A stretch of 64,000 nucleotides of DNA from the human T2T-CHM13v2.0 reference genome, Homo sapiens. The stretch's first letter is position 1, and every line of letters starts with the position of its first letter. The stretch is taken from the NCBI RefSeq assembly GCF_009914755.1, contig NC_060931.1. One strand, written 5' to 3'. Shown one piece after another: positions 27,480-43,770 of the stretch. The notes beneath the pieces are model-generated. The model worked only from the letters and a program-made list of their open reading frames with translations. It made no database searches and was not told the origin of the DNA. The position numbers and the translations under genes are program-made.

Positions 27480-28750
27480 TGATTTTTATTTACTAATTTT
27501 AAAATATATTAAGATTTTCCAGTTAGCAATTTATTACTGATTCCTTGCACAATATAGTTTAGTAAGAGATACAGTGCCCATAGTTAAAACTTGTTGACAC
27601 TTGGCTTATGGATAAGCATATGACCATTTTTTGTTATTTTTCTATTTTGCTTAAACAACTGCCTACTTGCTCTTGTTGGATTCAGCTTTCTATGTGTGTC
27701 CATGAAATCAAATTTCTTTATCATGTAGTTCAGATATTTTAAAGTCTTACTCTTTTCTCTTATTGTTCTATCAATTATTCTGACCACATGTCTATTTTTC
27801 TATTTGTTAATATTTGTTTTCTATATATATGTGTATATGTTTCTGTATGTGTATGTATATATATGTTATTTGTGCATGCAAATTTAGAATTATTATGTCT
27901 TCTTGTGTTTTGAATGTGATATTAAATAAAGTTGTACTCTATTTTCTTCAGATTTTCCTGTTTCAGAGAGATGATCTGAATCACATACTCAGCTATTGTA
28001 AGAAGTAGAATAATTCTCTATTCAATCATCAACCAATTTCTTAATTAGTTGCTTTTAAAATTCTAAAATTTCCAATTATTTTTAATTCTTTTCGTTTATC
28101 TGCTGAAATTCTCCATCTTTTCTCTTATAAACTTGAACAAGAAAATCCCTTAGTTATTTGGGTATTTCTTCCTGATATCTTACATGTCCAGTTTCTCTGC
28201 ATGTCAGATTCTATTGTCTGTTGTTTCTACTGGTTTTTATTCACATTCCCTTTTTTCATATTCTTGTTAACTTTTTATTATGTTAAACACCTCCCTTTGT
28301 AAAATTGTAGAATAACCTTGTGGACAATAATTTACTTCTTCTTTGTGTATATTTACTTATGGAAGACAGTTATTGGCACAAACAATTCCAAATAACTGTA
28401 ATTCTTTTTCAGAAGTTAAGATTTTTGAGGCTGAGCCATATTGCTCACAAAAAGCTCTGATTTACTTTTGTCCTTACTACTGTGATGTAACCCTTTGTAA
28501 TGTAAACCCAAAATGAAGGGTTTATGCTTACTATCTTCCTTATTTAGCTGGCTCTGGTTCTCCAGTTTCCCACTGGGATTACTTATCATGCCAATGATGG
28601 CAAAACTTGCTCTCAGATATTTACCTGTTATCTACCAAATTGATGAATGCTCCCATAAAATATGTTCCACCTGACTGAGTCATTTTCCTGTCCTAATGGT
28701 ATTCTCTAAGTCTTCATTACCAGTTTATCCCTTTGATGCTCTTTAAATAA
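27480..28750 (-). mobile_element. Old L1 fragment including ORF2 endonuclease remnant
   Basis: ORF 27584-27787 (IDRTIREK...LNYMIKKFDFMDTHRKLNPT...KNGHMLIHKPSVNKF) aligns by eye with L1 EN IDR..RQK..LN..I.QLDL.DIYRTLHP...KIDH.LGHK.SLNKF. Confidence 0.7.
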
Positions 28751-30965
28751 ATCCATTTTATATTTTGTTCAGCTTTTCTATTTGCCCTCTATTTTTGAGG
28801 AGTGGGATTAGGATTTTGGTCTGATTTACTATAATCTGCCATCATCAAAATTGTATACTTACTTTTAGTTTTAGCTACTTCTTGTTTGCTGTAGTTGTCA
28901 GCAAAAGATTGTTCTCTCATACATTTGCTTTTAGAATCACCTTTTACCCTTATTACCTATATTAATCCCACCATAAACATAAAATAAGATCTATTGGTAA
29001 ACCACATGATATAAACCTCATAATTGGTAAACCTCATAATATAAACTGCCTTCTTTGTACAAATATTATTTCCAAGTGGAAATATTTACTTAATTAACTT
29101 CATGAGAGCAGCCACCAGCTTTTCCATTGTGACCAATTATTTCCTTGCTTCACTTCTCCTGTGAGCTAGCATTTGAAGAACTTTCTATCCAGAGAGATAT
29201 GGAGCAAAGTGTCAAAGATCCATAAGTCAATTAACATCTTTCTTCATACATATTGACATTTTAAAATTCTATTTATCAATTTTGGGACATCTCATAATTA
29301 AATATTAAGAGCAACTACATCCTCAGAAATAATCAAACTTCAAAATAAGGTCACATTATGATGAAAATTAACTAGTTCTCAGATGCAAGGCATTTATACT
29401 TGCCACACCACCTAGACTTCCCTTCATTTTCTATTTTCCTAGAGGACATAGGGAACAATGCTAGCTGGAAAATAAAGTTCAATCACCCTTACAAACGTGT
29501 AGACAAGTGCCACTTTCTCTGATTACTAAAGTAGCAATTCTGTGATGCCTCTGAAAAATAAGCAAAATGGAGAAACCAATCAACTACGTCAAGATATAAG
29601 CTCTTAAAATCCAAGTACAGAATTCCCAAAATATAGAAAAATATAAATAATAAAAATAAGAATACATTACAATGACAGTCCCCTTCTGTTGTCACAATGG
29701 GTCGCTTTGCAGTTACACACAGCCAAATAACCCTATGCCTTTTTCAGATGAAGAGAATTTTAGCTCCAACCATAATGGAGCTGTAGAAATAGATACAACC
29801 ATAACGTCCTTGTAACAGATCATAGGAGACTAGTACGCCTTGTCATCTGTTGCTATATTACAAGTCACTCCAAAATGTAGTAGCTTAGCACAACAATTAT
29901 TAGTACTTTGTACTGGAATCGGTTGGATAATTGTTTTGCTGCCTTTGCTTAGAGTCATTCATGGAGCTACAGTATCTGTCACCTCAGCTGTGGCTAGAAG
30001 ATATAAGATGATCATCTATGTCTGTTGATTGGTGCTGACTGCTGGCTATCAGATTAGTAAAGAATCTAGTAGGCTATCCCAGTCTTCCTCATATGACAGT
30101 CAAAAAAATGATTAGGCTTAAAATTTATACAGTATCTCTACTGCCATGTTCTGTTGGTTAGGGCAACTAACAAAGCCAGTCTAGATTAAGGTATGAGCAA
30201 AGAGACCCCACCTTTTGATGAGAGTTACTGCACATTGTTTGTGGTTATTTTTAATCTACCAATTACTAGTGAGACCTCCATCTCAAAAAATAAATAAAAA
30301 TAAATTTTAAAAATTAGAGGCTCCTCAGATGCTTTCCTCAGGGAAAATCAAATACATTCTTCCTAAATACAAAAAATACTCATCCTGTCCTAAGATAGTC
30401 AAAAGTCTTAGCCAATCAAGGCATCGGATTCAAAGTCAAATATCTTTTAGCTGCTTCTGGTTCAGATATGGATGTTGCCTCCTTGGGTACATCTTCTCAA
30501 GTGTAGCTTCTATTGGTCTATAGACATGTGAATTAAAAAAATTATTTTGTTCCCTATGGATCCAACAAAAAATTGTACAGGTATTGCATGACATTCAAAA
30601 GAGGCAGGATAAGTTCATGCATTCACTCATCTGCATAATTCTAAAATCCAGCTGGGTATGTGTTGTCAGAATCCTCTACCTCAGGTGCAGAAAATGTTTC
30701 TTCTTTAAAACGCAATTTTTCTTCTTTGGAGTGATTCCATAATCCACTGGCCTCCAGAACTCAGGATCTACCCTGCAGATTCCTGACTACACGCACTGAA
30801 ACGTTTTTCCTCTTCTATTGAAAATGGTCCATGTTTGCAGTTGGATACATTTTTCAGCCAGCTTCCTGCCCACAGATAATTAGGTGCTCCAAAAATATTT
30901 TTTATTGGAAATTGTCCCTATCCATTTTAATCCATACTGATACAACTCTCTTAATAATGAGCAGA

Positions 30966-31278
30966 GGCTAGGCACAATGGCTTATGTCTATAATCCCAGC
31001 ACTTCGAGAGGCTGAGGCAGAAGGATCACATGAGCGCTGGAGTTCAAGACCAGCCTCGGCAATATGGCATACCCTGTCTCCACAAATTTGTTTTTTTAAT
31101 TAGCCAGACATCATGACACATGACTGTAGTACTAGCTACTAGGGAGGCAGAGGTGGGAGGATCACTTGAGGCCAGCAGTTTGAGGTTACAGTGAGCTATA
31201 GCTATGATTGTGCCACTGCACTCCAGGCTGGGTGACAGAGTGAGACCTTGTCTCCAAAAAATAAAAATAAAAAATAAA
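30966..31278 (+). mobile_element. AluJ
   Basis: ggaggatcacttgag, gtgagctatagctatgattg and gagaccttgtctc J-type diagnostics; flanking aataatgag repeat. Confidence 0.88.
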
Positions 31279-31602
31279 ATAATGAGTGGGCTTTGTAATC
31301 ATCAGTTTATAGTCTACTAAATTAACAAATGTCACACACACATTTTAAGACTACTTTCCTCCATACTTATCAGTGCTATTTGAGAATGAAACCAAACTTA
31401 GGTACTCACACACATTGTCAGGTAGCTGAAGATGTTCACTAGACTCCACCTTAAATATATATATATATATTTTTTTTTAACAGAGGTTTTAGGTTTTAAC
31501 AGAGTCTTATTGTCAAGAGTCTTATAGTCACATCCTTAGTAAAATATTTATGCTAAGGCCATTTCTTATTTGGGAATCTTTTGCCATCTTGAAAATAAAA
31601 GC

Positions 31603-31962
<360 letters not shown>

Positions 31963-32369
31963 TTACAAATGGAACATTTCTCTTTTTCGTTTACTTCTCT
32001 CTTCCCATACTTTATCATCCACAGCCAAAAGGAGCCAATTGATATTTCCAGCTTCCTGTTTGGAAATCTCTTTAGCTATATCCAAAATTAATTAAATATA
32101 TGTTTTGACTTTCAATTAACCTCCAATTGTTAATAGCCTTGCCGATCGTTTTCACATTTTCTCAAGGCTCAGCATTTAATTTCTTTCGTGTTTCTGCCCC
32201 CACCAGAAGTTTCATAGCCACTTTCACAACCTCTGACTGCTTGCACCCAGATGTCATGCCACATGTTTGGGACTTTTAAAACATTTGGGGGCTATATAAC
32301 CCATTTTCTATTGCTGTGCAATAACCACATCAAAAACTTAGTGTCTTAGAGCAAAGTTATTTTATATTT

Positions 32370-33443
32370 TGTTGCAGGAAGTCAGGGACCCCAAACGGAG
32401 GGACCGACTGAAGCCATGGCAGAAGAACTTAAATTGTGAAGATTTCATGGACATTTAGTAGTTCCCCAAATTAATAGTTTTATAATTTCTTATGCCTGTC
32501 TTTACTGCAATCTCTAAACATAAATTGTGAAGATTTCATGGATGCTTATCACTTCCCCAATCAATACCCTTGTGATTTCCTATGCCTGTCTTTACTTTAA
32601 TCTCTTAATCCTGTCATCTCGTAAGCCGAGGAGGATGTATGTCACCTCACGACCCTGTGATAATTGCATTAACTGCATAAATTGTAGAGCATGTGTGTTT
32701 GAACAATATGAAATCTGGGCACCTTGAATAAAGAACAGGATAACAGCAATGTTCAGGGAACAAGAGAGATAACCTTAAACTCTGACCGCCAGTGAGCCGG
32801 GCAGAACAGAGCCATATTTCTCTTCTTTCAAAAGCAAATGGGAGAAATATTGCTGAATTCTTTTTCTCAGCAAGGAACATTCCTGGGAAAGAGAATACAT
32901 GCCTGGGGGTGGGTCTCTGAACTGGCCCCCCTGGGCGTGGCCATCTTCTATGGTCCAGGCTGTAGGGCTGAAATAGACCCCAGTCTCCCATAGCGCTCCC
33001 AGGCTTATTAGGAAGAGGAAATTCCCGCCTAATAAATTTTGGTCAGACGGGTTGCTCTCAAAACCCTGTCTCCTGATAAGATGTTATCAATGACAATGGT
33101 GCCCGAAACTTCATTAGCAATTTTAATTTCACCCCAGTCCTGTGGTCCTGTGATCTCGCCCTGCCTCAATTTGCCTTGTGATATTCTATTACCTTGTGAA
33201 GTAGGTGATCTCTGTGACCCACACCTATTCGCACACTCCCTCCCCTTTTGAAAATCACTAATAAAAACTTGCTGGTTTTATGGCTTGTGGGGCATCATGG
33301 AACCTACCGACATGTGATGTCTCCCCCGGATGCCCAGCTTTAAAATTCTCTCTTTTGTACTCTGTCCCTTTATTTCTCAAACCGACTGACGCTTAGGGAA
33401 AATAGAAAAAACCTACGTGACTATTGGGGCAGGTTCCCCGATA
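32370..33443 (+). mobile_element. MER11 (HML-8/HERV-K11) solo LTR, probably MER11C
   Basis: tgttgcaggaagtcagggacccc...ggcaggttccccgata; 1074 bp; 6-bp TSD atattt at 32364-32369 and 33444-33449. Confidence 0.92.
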
Positions 33444-33967
33444 ATATTTTACTCATGGTGGACTGTCCTCCTGCTCATCTCACCTTCCTTCAGTCAGAGG
33501 GTTGCATCATCCAAATTCTCACTGGAGCTGGGAAGTCTGTGGTGGCCTCATTCTCATGTATGACTGTGGGTGTTGGCTATTAGGTGGGGTATATGGTGGC
33601 AATATCCAGTCATGATAATGGTGCAAGTTTTGAGCCTCTTAATGCCTGGACTTTGGAATTGCATAATTTTATAGTTTTTAATTTGTCAAAAAACAGTCAC
33701 AAGGGCAGTCCAGACTCAACTCATGGAGAAACCAATGCCTCTTCTTGAAAGGAGGAGCAGTAGAGAATTTGTGACCATTTTTAATCTACCTATGTCCCAT
33801 GTACATTAGCTGATTTTATTCTCCAATCTCAGCTTCCTGTATCCAAATGGTGTGGTTCAAAATCAAGATATGTTTACTATTAATTTTCTCTCAAGAGCTC
33901 TCAGTCTGTTTTATAACAACTTATTTTTGTCTTTACCGCTGCTTTTCTGCTCAGAGTTTCCTATCAA

Positions 33968-34094
33968 AGCCAGGTGCAGTGCTGCATGCCTGTCCCAGCT
34001 ACTTGAGAGGCTCATGTAGAGGACCACTTGAGCCCAAAAGCTTGAGTTCTGCCTGGGCAACTTAGAAAGACCCCCTATTTCTAAAAATAAAAAT
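33968..34094 (+). mobile_element. Alu monomer (FLAM/FAM-like)
   Basis: gccaggtgcagtg...cccagctacttgagaggct...cacttgagccc...cctgggcaac then A-rich tail. Confidence 0.75.
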
Positions 34095-34194
34095 AGATTT
34101 TAAAAATTATTTTTAATAATTATTTTATACAGATTTTCTTTACTCTCCCATAATAAACAGTCTTAAAATATTTAATTCATGTTTTCATTTCATT

Positions 34195-34770
34195 TTCTTT
34201 TTTTTTTATTTTACTTTAAGTTTTGGGTTACATGTGCAGAACATGAAGGTTGGTACATAGATATACATGTGCCATGGTGGTTTGCTGCACCTATCAACCT
34301 GTCATCTAGGTTTTAAGCCCTGCATGCATTAGGTATTTGCCCTAATGCTCTCCCTCCTCTTGCCCCCCACCCTCTGACAGGCCCCAATGTGTGATGTTCC
34401 CCTCCATGTGTCCCTGTGTTCTCTTTGTTCAACTCCCACTTATGAGTGAGAACATGCAGTGTTCGGTTTTCTGTTACTGTGTTAGTTTGCTGAGAATGAT
34501 GGCTTCCTTCTCCATCCATGTCCCTGAAAAGGACATGAACTCATTCTTTTTCATGGATGCATAGTATTCCATGGTGTATATGTGCCACATTTTCCTTATC
34601 CGGTCAATCACTGATGGGCATTTGGGTTGGTTCCAAGTCTTTGCTATTGTAAATAATGCTGCAATAAACATACGTGTGCATGTGTCTTTATAATAGAATG
34701 ATTTATAATCCTTTGGCTATATACCCAGTAATGGGATTTCTGGGTCAAATGGTATTTCTGGTTCTAGATC
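34195..34770 (-). mobile_element. 5'-truncated L1PA7/L1PA8
   Basis: 3' UTR gtcatctaggttttaagccctgcatgcattagg; ORF2 tail [20 protein letters not shown]. Confidence 0.9.
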
Positions 34771-35060
34771 ATTTTTCTATATTTAACATGGCAAAATCAA
34801 TTTGAAATAACTTTTGATTCTCTCTGGTACTTTAATCCCCTTTCCTGAACATCCTAGCCATGTATAAATTACAACAAAATCCTGTTTCCAGACTTTTCTC
34901 TATCTTCTCTTCATTTGACCCACATTATTGTACTAGACATTCTAATCCACCACTAGTTTTGTTATCCCTCTCTTAATCAAAATCCTAGAGCAGTTCTTGT
35001 TCATACAGCTAGCCATTCTAAGTATTTCCAGAATTCTGAAGGCTTTTAATGATATAATGC

Positions 35061-35429
35061 TAATATGGTTTGTCTGTGTCCCGACTCAAATCTCATCTTG
35101 AATTATAGCTCCCATAATTCCCACATGTTGTGGGAGGGACCCACAGGGAGATAATTGAATCATGGGGTGGTTTCTCCCATGCTGTTCTCATGGTAGTGAA
35201 TAAGCCTCATGAGAGCTGATGGTTTTATAAGGGGTTTCCCCTTTCACTTGCTTCTCATTCTGTCTTGCCTGCTGCCATGTAAGACGTGGCTTTGCTCCTT
35301 CTCACCTTCCACCATGGTCGTGAGGCCTCCCCAGCCATGTGGACCTGTGAGTCAATTAAGCCTCTTTCCTTCGTAAATTACCCAGTCTTGGGTATGCCTT
35401 TATTAGCAGCATGAGAACAGACTAATACA
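35061..35429 (+). mobile_element. THE1 (C/D-like) solo LTR
   Basis: atatggtttgtctgtgtccc..caaatctcatcttgaatt...cagactaataca. Confidence 0.92.
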
Positions 35430-35759
35430 CCTTGCTTATCCAATTTTACTATTGTTATATATTTATTTCCCCATTTTGTTATCTCATATATTTATACATG
35501 GCATGTTCATTTTTGACTCTTTATATTTGTTATATTTGTTTTTCTTTAATACTAAACATGAAATTATTTTTTCACTTGTTTGTATATATGAATATAGTGT
35601 CAATGCCCAGTTTAATTGGAGTCTGCTCCTCTCAGATTTCCATAACTACTTGAACTAAAACTTAAAGTTTTCTTAAAGTTTCTTAAAGTCCCAGTTTATT
35701 TATATTTACAAGCATACAGGTTAATATCAATGCCTTTACACTTTCATGGTCTTTTTTTT

Positions 35760-36450
35760 AATTCCCCAAATATGTAATGAGTTACTTTCATATAACAGGC
35801 ACTAAGATATGTATCTGGGATACAAAGGTGGGCACGAAGCCCTCAAAATTGACAAGGCCCTTTTGTATCTAATAGTTTCATGGAGTGGGAATACATTAAT
35901 AACATAATAACATCAATAAATATGTAAACACAGCTGGATAGCTGCTGCTAAAAAGAGTGTGCAGTGCTATAAAAACACAGATAAATGTGGAGCTAACCTT
36001 ACCTTTGAGTTAGAGATTGTTCTTGGAGGAAGTGTTGGTAAAGTTGATATAGGAAGGTTTAGTTGCATTTAAAAAGTAACTAAGTGAAGAGGAAAGAGAA
36101 AGAGATACTTAGTAATAGAGAGAACGGTGTGAAATTCTGTGTGGTGAAAAGAAAAGAATGAAGAAAGTTGAGATGATCAATGTGACTTGAAAACACTAAG
36201 AGCAGCATGATCATCTGAGTGGAGGCTGGAGTGGGAGACATGATGCCACCCAACAGGGTCATTTAGACCATGTTGAGGGCTTTGTTCTTTCTAATAGCAA
36301 TGGGAAGATATTGGATGATTTAAGTAGATAAATCATTTGGTTTGATTTATATTCTGAAAGATTACTAAAGCTATGGTTCAGGAGACTGACTGATTAGAGG
36401 CTGTCAAGATGAACGGAAGGATCCTTAAAGAAAGCACAATGGTAATGCTG
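35760..36450 (-). mobile_element. L2 fragment
   Basis: caggcactaag..ctgggatacaaag; gaccatgttgagggctttg..caatgggaagatattggatgattt. Confidence 0.7.
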
Positions 36451-36789
36451 AAATATAGGATAAAAGTTATCTTTACATTTTGTGAAAAGCTCATGAGTAA
36501 GTTTATTTAGTTGCCTAAGTAATGGTGGATGGGAATGATAACCAAGGTGACGCTGGCATGCTAAGCGTTCGATAGCAGGAAGGACAGTGTCTGTGTTTCA
36601 TCAGGAAATAAGCAGGAAAAAGTGGGTATCAAAATAAGAAATCTTGCTGTAACTCAATGAAGAAAGTTCCCATCTAATGGCTTAGCTTTTTGTTTCTTTT
36701 ATTTTTTAATCAAGCACTTTATTTAAATAAGAATGACATGTAAAATATGTGTATCTTTTATTTCTTGAATAGAAAATTTATCATATGCC

Positions 36790-37249
36790 TCTGTTGCCCC
36801 CAACTTTCATCATGTAGTAATGACCTCCAGTTGAGACATAGCTTCAGCTGAATTATGTATGGTCTTGGGCTTAATTCACACTGACAATGTCTCAAATGTG
36901 CACTCTTCACTTTCTGCTTGGACTTTTCTGACAGCTACAGGCATCTTCTGGAGCCTGCTGGACAAGAACATTGAGTACTCTTGAAATGTAGGATAGTTAA
37001 CAATTCCCAGGGAAACCCTTAGTCAATAGAGATTGAGAAAAAGAGTAGATATTCAATCCTACGATGGACAATTCTGAGGAGGTTGTAGGTAGGGTCAAGA
37101 CCCAGTTTTCCACAGTGGTGAACTCCATAATGTACTCCTATATTGTTTGTTTCTCATATTTCTGTTCATTTTTTGCTCCTTTGCAAATGAACTACACCCA
37201 TACGTATCCTTTTCTTGAACTTTGCTTCAGGGAGTCCCAAGCAAAGACA
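36790..37249 (+). mobile_element. LTR16-like ERVL LTR
   Basis: ggacaattctgagg...aaatgaactacacc...ctttgcttcagggagtcccaagcaaagaca. Confidence 0.6.
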
Positions 37250-38049
37250 GGAAGCAGGTTCTTTTTGGGAAAATGAGAAGAGGCGTTGTGGTCAGAGGTT
37301 TGAGATAATTGCTTTGGAGACAGGAAACTGAGTTATACAGGAAAACATAATAGAGATGATTGGCAAGATTTTTTTTTTCTGAAATACATGCATGCCCATA
37401 TTTTCACCTCAATTAGGTAATCTCTCTGATATCAGACATGTGCTTAATAACTTCTGTGTTTTTCTTATAGTGGGTTTCTGAGTGCATTAAAATACAAACA
37501 GATAATTGTTGATTTTACAATAAAACTGATTCACTATGAATTGCTGTTTTTTTGTACTGGCTATACAATTGCTTATGTATCAGTATCATATTTTCATTAA
37601 GGAAATGCTGTATACAAAGATATAAGTGGCTAAATCAAAAAGATTTTTTTGAATATAGGATAATAGATTTAAAATTATTGCAATTTGTGGCTATGATAAT
37701 TACCCTTCAAACCTGAAAAATGTAATTGTTATAAATTAAAAATATTAAATAATGTTTATATTTTCTTTCATAAAGGAATTGATTAGTAATATTGTAAGTC
37801 AATGTGGACAGAACAATAAGGTATTAATCCAATAAAGTATCCATTAAAAACACTTAATACAATTATTTTAGCATGCCCAGATAGTGGTCAATTTTGGATT
37901 ACATCAAAAATATTGTGAACAACACTTTTTAGTGGTTTCAAATGTAAACATAAGAACAATTTTCTCAATGATGGTATGAGGAACTTCTTAAATCCTCTCT
38001 CCAGGGAACAAACTTAACTGGCAAAAATTGTTTTAAAAAATCAACCATT

Positions 38050-39672
<1,623 letters not shown>

Positions 39673-39674
<2 letters not shown>

Positions 39675-41225
39675 TACCAATGACTTTCTTCACAGAATTG
39701 GAAAAAACTACTTTAAGCTTCATATGGAACCAAAAAAGAGACTGCATTGCCAAGACAATCCTAAGCCAAAAGAACAAAGCTGGAGGCATCACACTACCTG
39801 ATTTCAAACTGTACTACAAGGCTACAGTAGCCAAAACAGCATGGTACTTGCACCAAAACAGAGATATAGACCAATGGAACAGAACGGGGCCTTCAGAAAT
39901 AATACCACACATCTACAACCATCTGATCTTTGACAAATCTGACAAAAACAAGAAATGGGGAAAGGATTCCCTATTTAATAAATGGTGCTGGGAAAACTGG
40001 CTAGTCATATGTAGAAAGCTGAAACTGGATCCCTTCCTTACACCTTATACAAAAATTAATTCAAGATGGATTAAAGTTTTAAATATTAGACCTAAAACCA
40101 TAAAAACCCTAGAAGAAAATCTAGGCAATACCATTCAGGACATAGGCATGGGCAAGGACTTCATGACTAAAACACCAAAAGCAATTGCAACAAAAGCCAA
40201 AATTGACAAATGGGATCTAATTAAACTAAAGAGCTTCTGCGCAGCAAAAGAAACTACCATCAGAGTGAGCAGGCAACCTACAGGATGGGAGAAAATTTTT
40301 GCAGTCTACTCATCTGACAAAGGGCTAATATCCAGAATCTACAAAGAACTCAAACTAATTTACAAGAAAAAAACAAACAATCTCGTCAAAAAGTGGGCAA
40401 AGGATATGAGCAGACACTTCTCAAAAGAAGACATTTATGCAGCCAACAGACACATGAAAAAATGCTCATCATCACTGGCCATCAGAGAAATGCAAATCAA
40501 AACCACAATGAGATACCATCTCACACCAGTTAGAATGGCTGTCATTAAAAAGTCAGGAAACAACAGGTGCTGGAGAGAATGTGGAGAAATAGGAACACTT
40601 TTACACTGTTGGTGGGACTGTAAACTAGTTCAACCATTGTGGAAGACAGTGTGGCGATTCCTCAGGGATCTAGAACTAGAAATACCATTTGACCCAGCCA
40701 TCCCATTACTGGGCATATACCCAGAGGATTATAAATCATGCTGCTATAAAGACACATGCACACATATGTTTACTGCGGCACTATTCACAATAGCAGAGAC
40801 TTGGAACCAACCCAAATGTCCATCAATGATAGACTGGATTAAGAAAATGTGACACATATACACCATGGAATACTATGCAGCCATAAAAAATGATGAGTTC
40901 ATGTCCTTTGTAGGGACATGGATGAAGCTGGAAACCATCATTCTCAGCAAACTATCGCAAGGACAAAAAACCAAACACTGCATGTTCTCACTCACAGGTG
41001 GGAATTGAACAATGAGAACACTTGGACACAGGAAGGGGAACGTCACACACTGGGGCCTGTCGTGGGGTTGGGGGAGGGGGGAGGGATAGCATTAGGAGAT
41101 ATACCTAATGTAAATGACAAGTTAATGGGTGCAGCACACCAAAATGGCACATGTATACATACCTAACAAACCTGCATGTTGTGCACATGTACCCTAGAAC
41201 TTAAAGTATAATAATAAAAAAAAAA
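39673..41225 (+). mobile_element. Non-inverted 3' segment of the same L1PA4/5 (ORF2 C-terminus, 3' UTR, polyA)
   Basis: [13 protein letters not shown]...[18 protein letters not shown]...DWIKKM; G-rich 3' UTR; aatgtaaatgac; TSD core tcaaccatttaaaatgagt at 38041-38059 and 41227-41245. Confidence 0.95.
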
Positions 41226-41714
41226 TTCAACCATTTAAAATGAGTGGAAATTTTCCTAAGGGCCTACAGCAAGTGCAGAAACATTTACTCAGGTAAATCT
41301 ACTACATCTAAGTAAGAATCACTGAAGGTCTATGGTGTTCCCTTCCTCCCCATCCAGCACAGGTTGACAAAACTCTGCTCTGAGTGGGTGTGGCCAAGAA
41401 GATGGAGCTCCATCATTTCAAAGCTCTCCATTGAGAACTATGGTATCTTTCTGGAAGGTGCAGGTGGCTAACATTTCTCTTCCATCTCCACCCCCAGCTC
41501 CATGTTGTAGAGGTTAAATTCCGGGTGAGGAAAAACCAGAAGACCAGGGACACAACTTTTTTTACCCGATTGACATTTGTGCAACTAGCCCCAGCTCTCT
41601 CATAGGATGCCTGTTTCAAGGCAGGAGAGATAAACCAAGGAGTCCAGAGGCTATTCCCTAAGAGAAGCAGGCCACCCTTCCCATTTCAACTCTGGAACAG
41701 TGGAACACTGCTGA

Positions 41715-42010
41715 TGCCTGGCGCAACATTGGTGAACCTGGAAATACTATTCTAAGTGAAAGAAGCCAGTCACAAGGGATCACATATTATATGATTCCAA
41801 TTAAATGAAATGTTCAGAATAAACAAACATACAGAGATAGAAAATAGATTAATGGTTTCTTTTGGAGTTATTAAATTATTCTAAAATTAATTGTGGTGAT
41901 GGTTACGACTCCGTAAACATTAAAAAAGCATAAAGTTATATATCTTAAATGGGTGAAGGGTACATTATGGTAGGTGAATTACGTCACAAATTTGCTGTAA
42001 AAATGTAAAT
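41715..42010 (+). mobile_element. L1MB/L1MC 3' end fragment
   Basis: ctaagtgaaagaagccagtcacaagggatcacatattatatgattcc; ttgtggtgatggtt. Confidence 0.8.
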
Positions 42011-42173
42011 AATATAGCACATGTTTATTTGAAACATTTAATGTAATAGTTAAGCATGCAATTATCTACCAGTAATTTTCTATTTCTTGCAACATATGGA
42101 CAAAAATAGAAAGGAAATTAAACTAAAAAATTTATACAGAAGAGATTAACATAGATTTGAATTTTAGTCATGA

Positions 42174-42563
<390 letters not shown>

Positions 42564-43475
42564 TAGAAATCAACTAATTAGCTTGGCCTTTTATTGTATT
42601 TCTTAGCACTATAATATGTTCATACTTAAGACTATCTCAATGCCTTTCCTGAGTACTCAAGACTGATGATTTGTAGAATGCCATTCTCTTTTTATCAGAA
42701 AAAACATACCCCAACACAATTATGTGTACAATGTTAGAGCTTAGAACTTGTAAATGTGGAGTTGCTTTTATGTTGTTTATCTTTTAATTGCAATTTAATT
42801 GAAATTTCAAAACACCAGTAGAAAAAATTCATTTTTTTGAAAGTTTAATTGTCCTTGCTAAGTAATATTCATATATTACCTGGAATTCTTCCAGTACTCT
42901 ATTAAAAATCTTCTGTAACCAGGGTCCTAGGTTGTTAGGGGGTTAGAGACAAACACAGAGGCCTTCCAAGTAAGAGCTAAGACATTGAGACGAGGTCCTG
43001 AGATGTTCCAAGGGGAGGAATGTTTTGTCTCCATTTATTCCCTCCTGTAGACACAACCTGAGAACCAGTTGTCATTTCCTTACATTTCTTGAGGATGCTT
43101 CATTGATGCCAACTGATCATAAGTACCTTCTTTCAGGTGAAGAAATTTAGTTGAAGAAAGAGAAATTCCAGTGCTTTCTGTAATAGAAAAAGATTCAAAA
43201 CAAATGAGTGCTTTTTGAAAAAGGGGAACTCATCAAAGACTTTTGTGTATCTTGCTTCTTCTCTGCATTTGCTGCAGTGTATACGTTTTACCTTCTACTT
43301 GTTACATGTAGTTCAACAGCCACAGTTTGTTATCATGTTGGACATCAAAGAAAAATCAAAGAACAAACATTGCATGGAAATATCACGACATGGAGCATTT
43401 TGGATCCCTTAAGACCCACTTGTGGATAAAGTCTACTGAATACAGGTCAAAATCCCTGCTGTAATATTTTTCAGA

Positions 43476-43770
43476 TTAGGTTTTCCAAAGTATAGTTCTC
43501 TAAACATTAGTCCTTTAAAAGTGTATGTACATCTATATGAGAATAAAAACACCAACGCAAAGAGCTTCTGTGTCCTAAATTTTGGACAGTGCTTCATATT
43601 TTAGCTCTTTCTTGGAGATTTATGATGAATATTAGCATATTAAAGGCTGATATTTTAATGCTTAGAGTTCAACAGTTAAAACATACAATCGCTTTATTCC
43701 CCAAAGAACAATATTTTTACTTGTTTGTTCCCCATACCAGATACTAAAAATCAGATTTTAGGATGAATTA
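43476..43770 (+). mobile_element. hAT-Charlie MITE, MER103-like
   Basis: ttttccaaagtatagttc..aacattagt; ggagatt...attagcatattaaaggct. Confidence 0.5.

Noticed and set aside
32430-32600. Direct repeat of taaattgtgaagatttcatgga
   Set aside because: Internal duplication that is part of the MER11 LTR as I recall it
41052-41085. G-quadruplex-like run
   Set aside because: Ordinary G-rich tract of the L1PA 3' UTR
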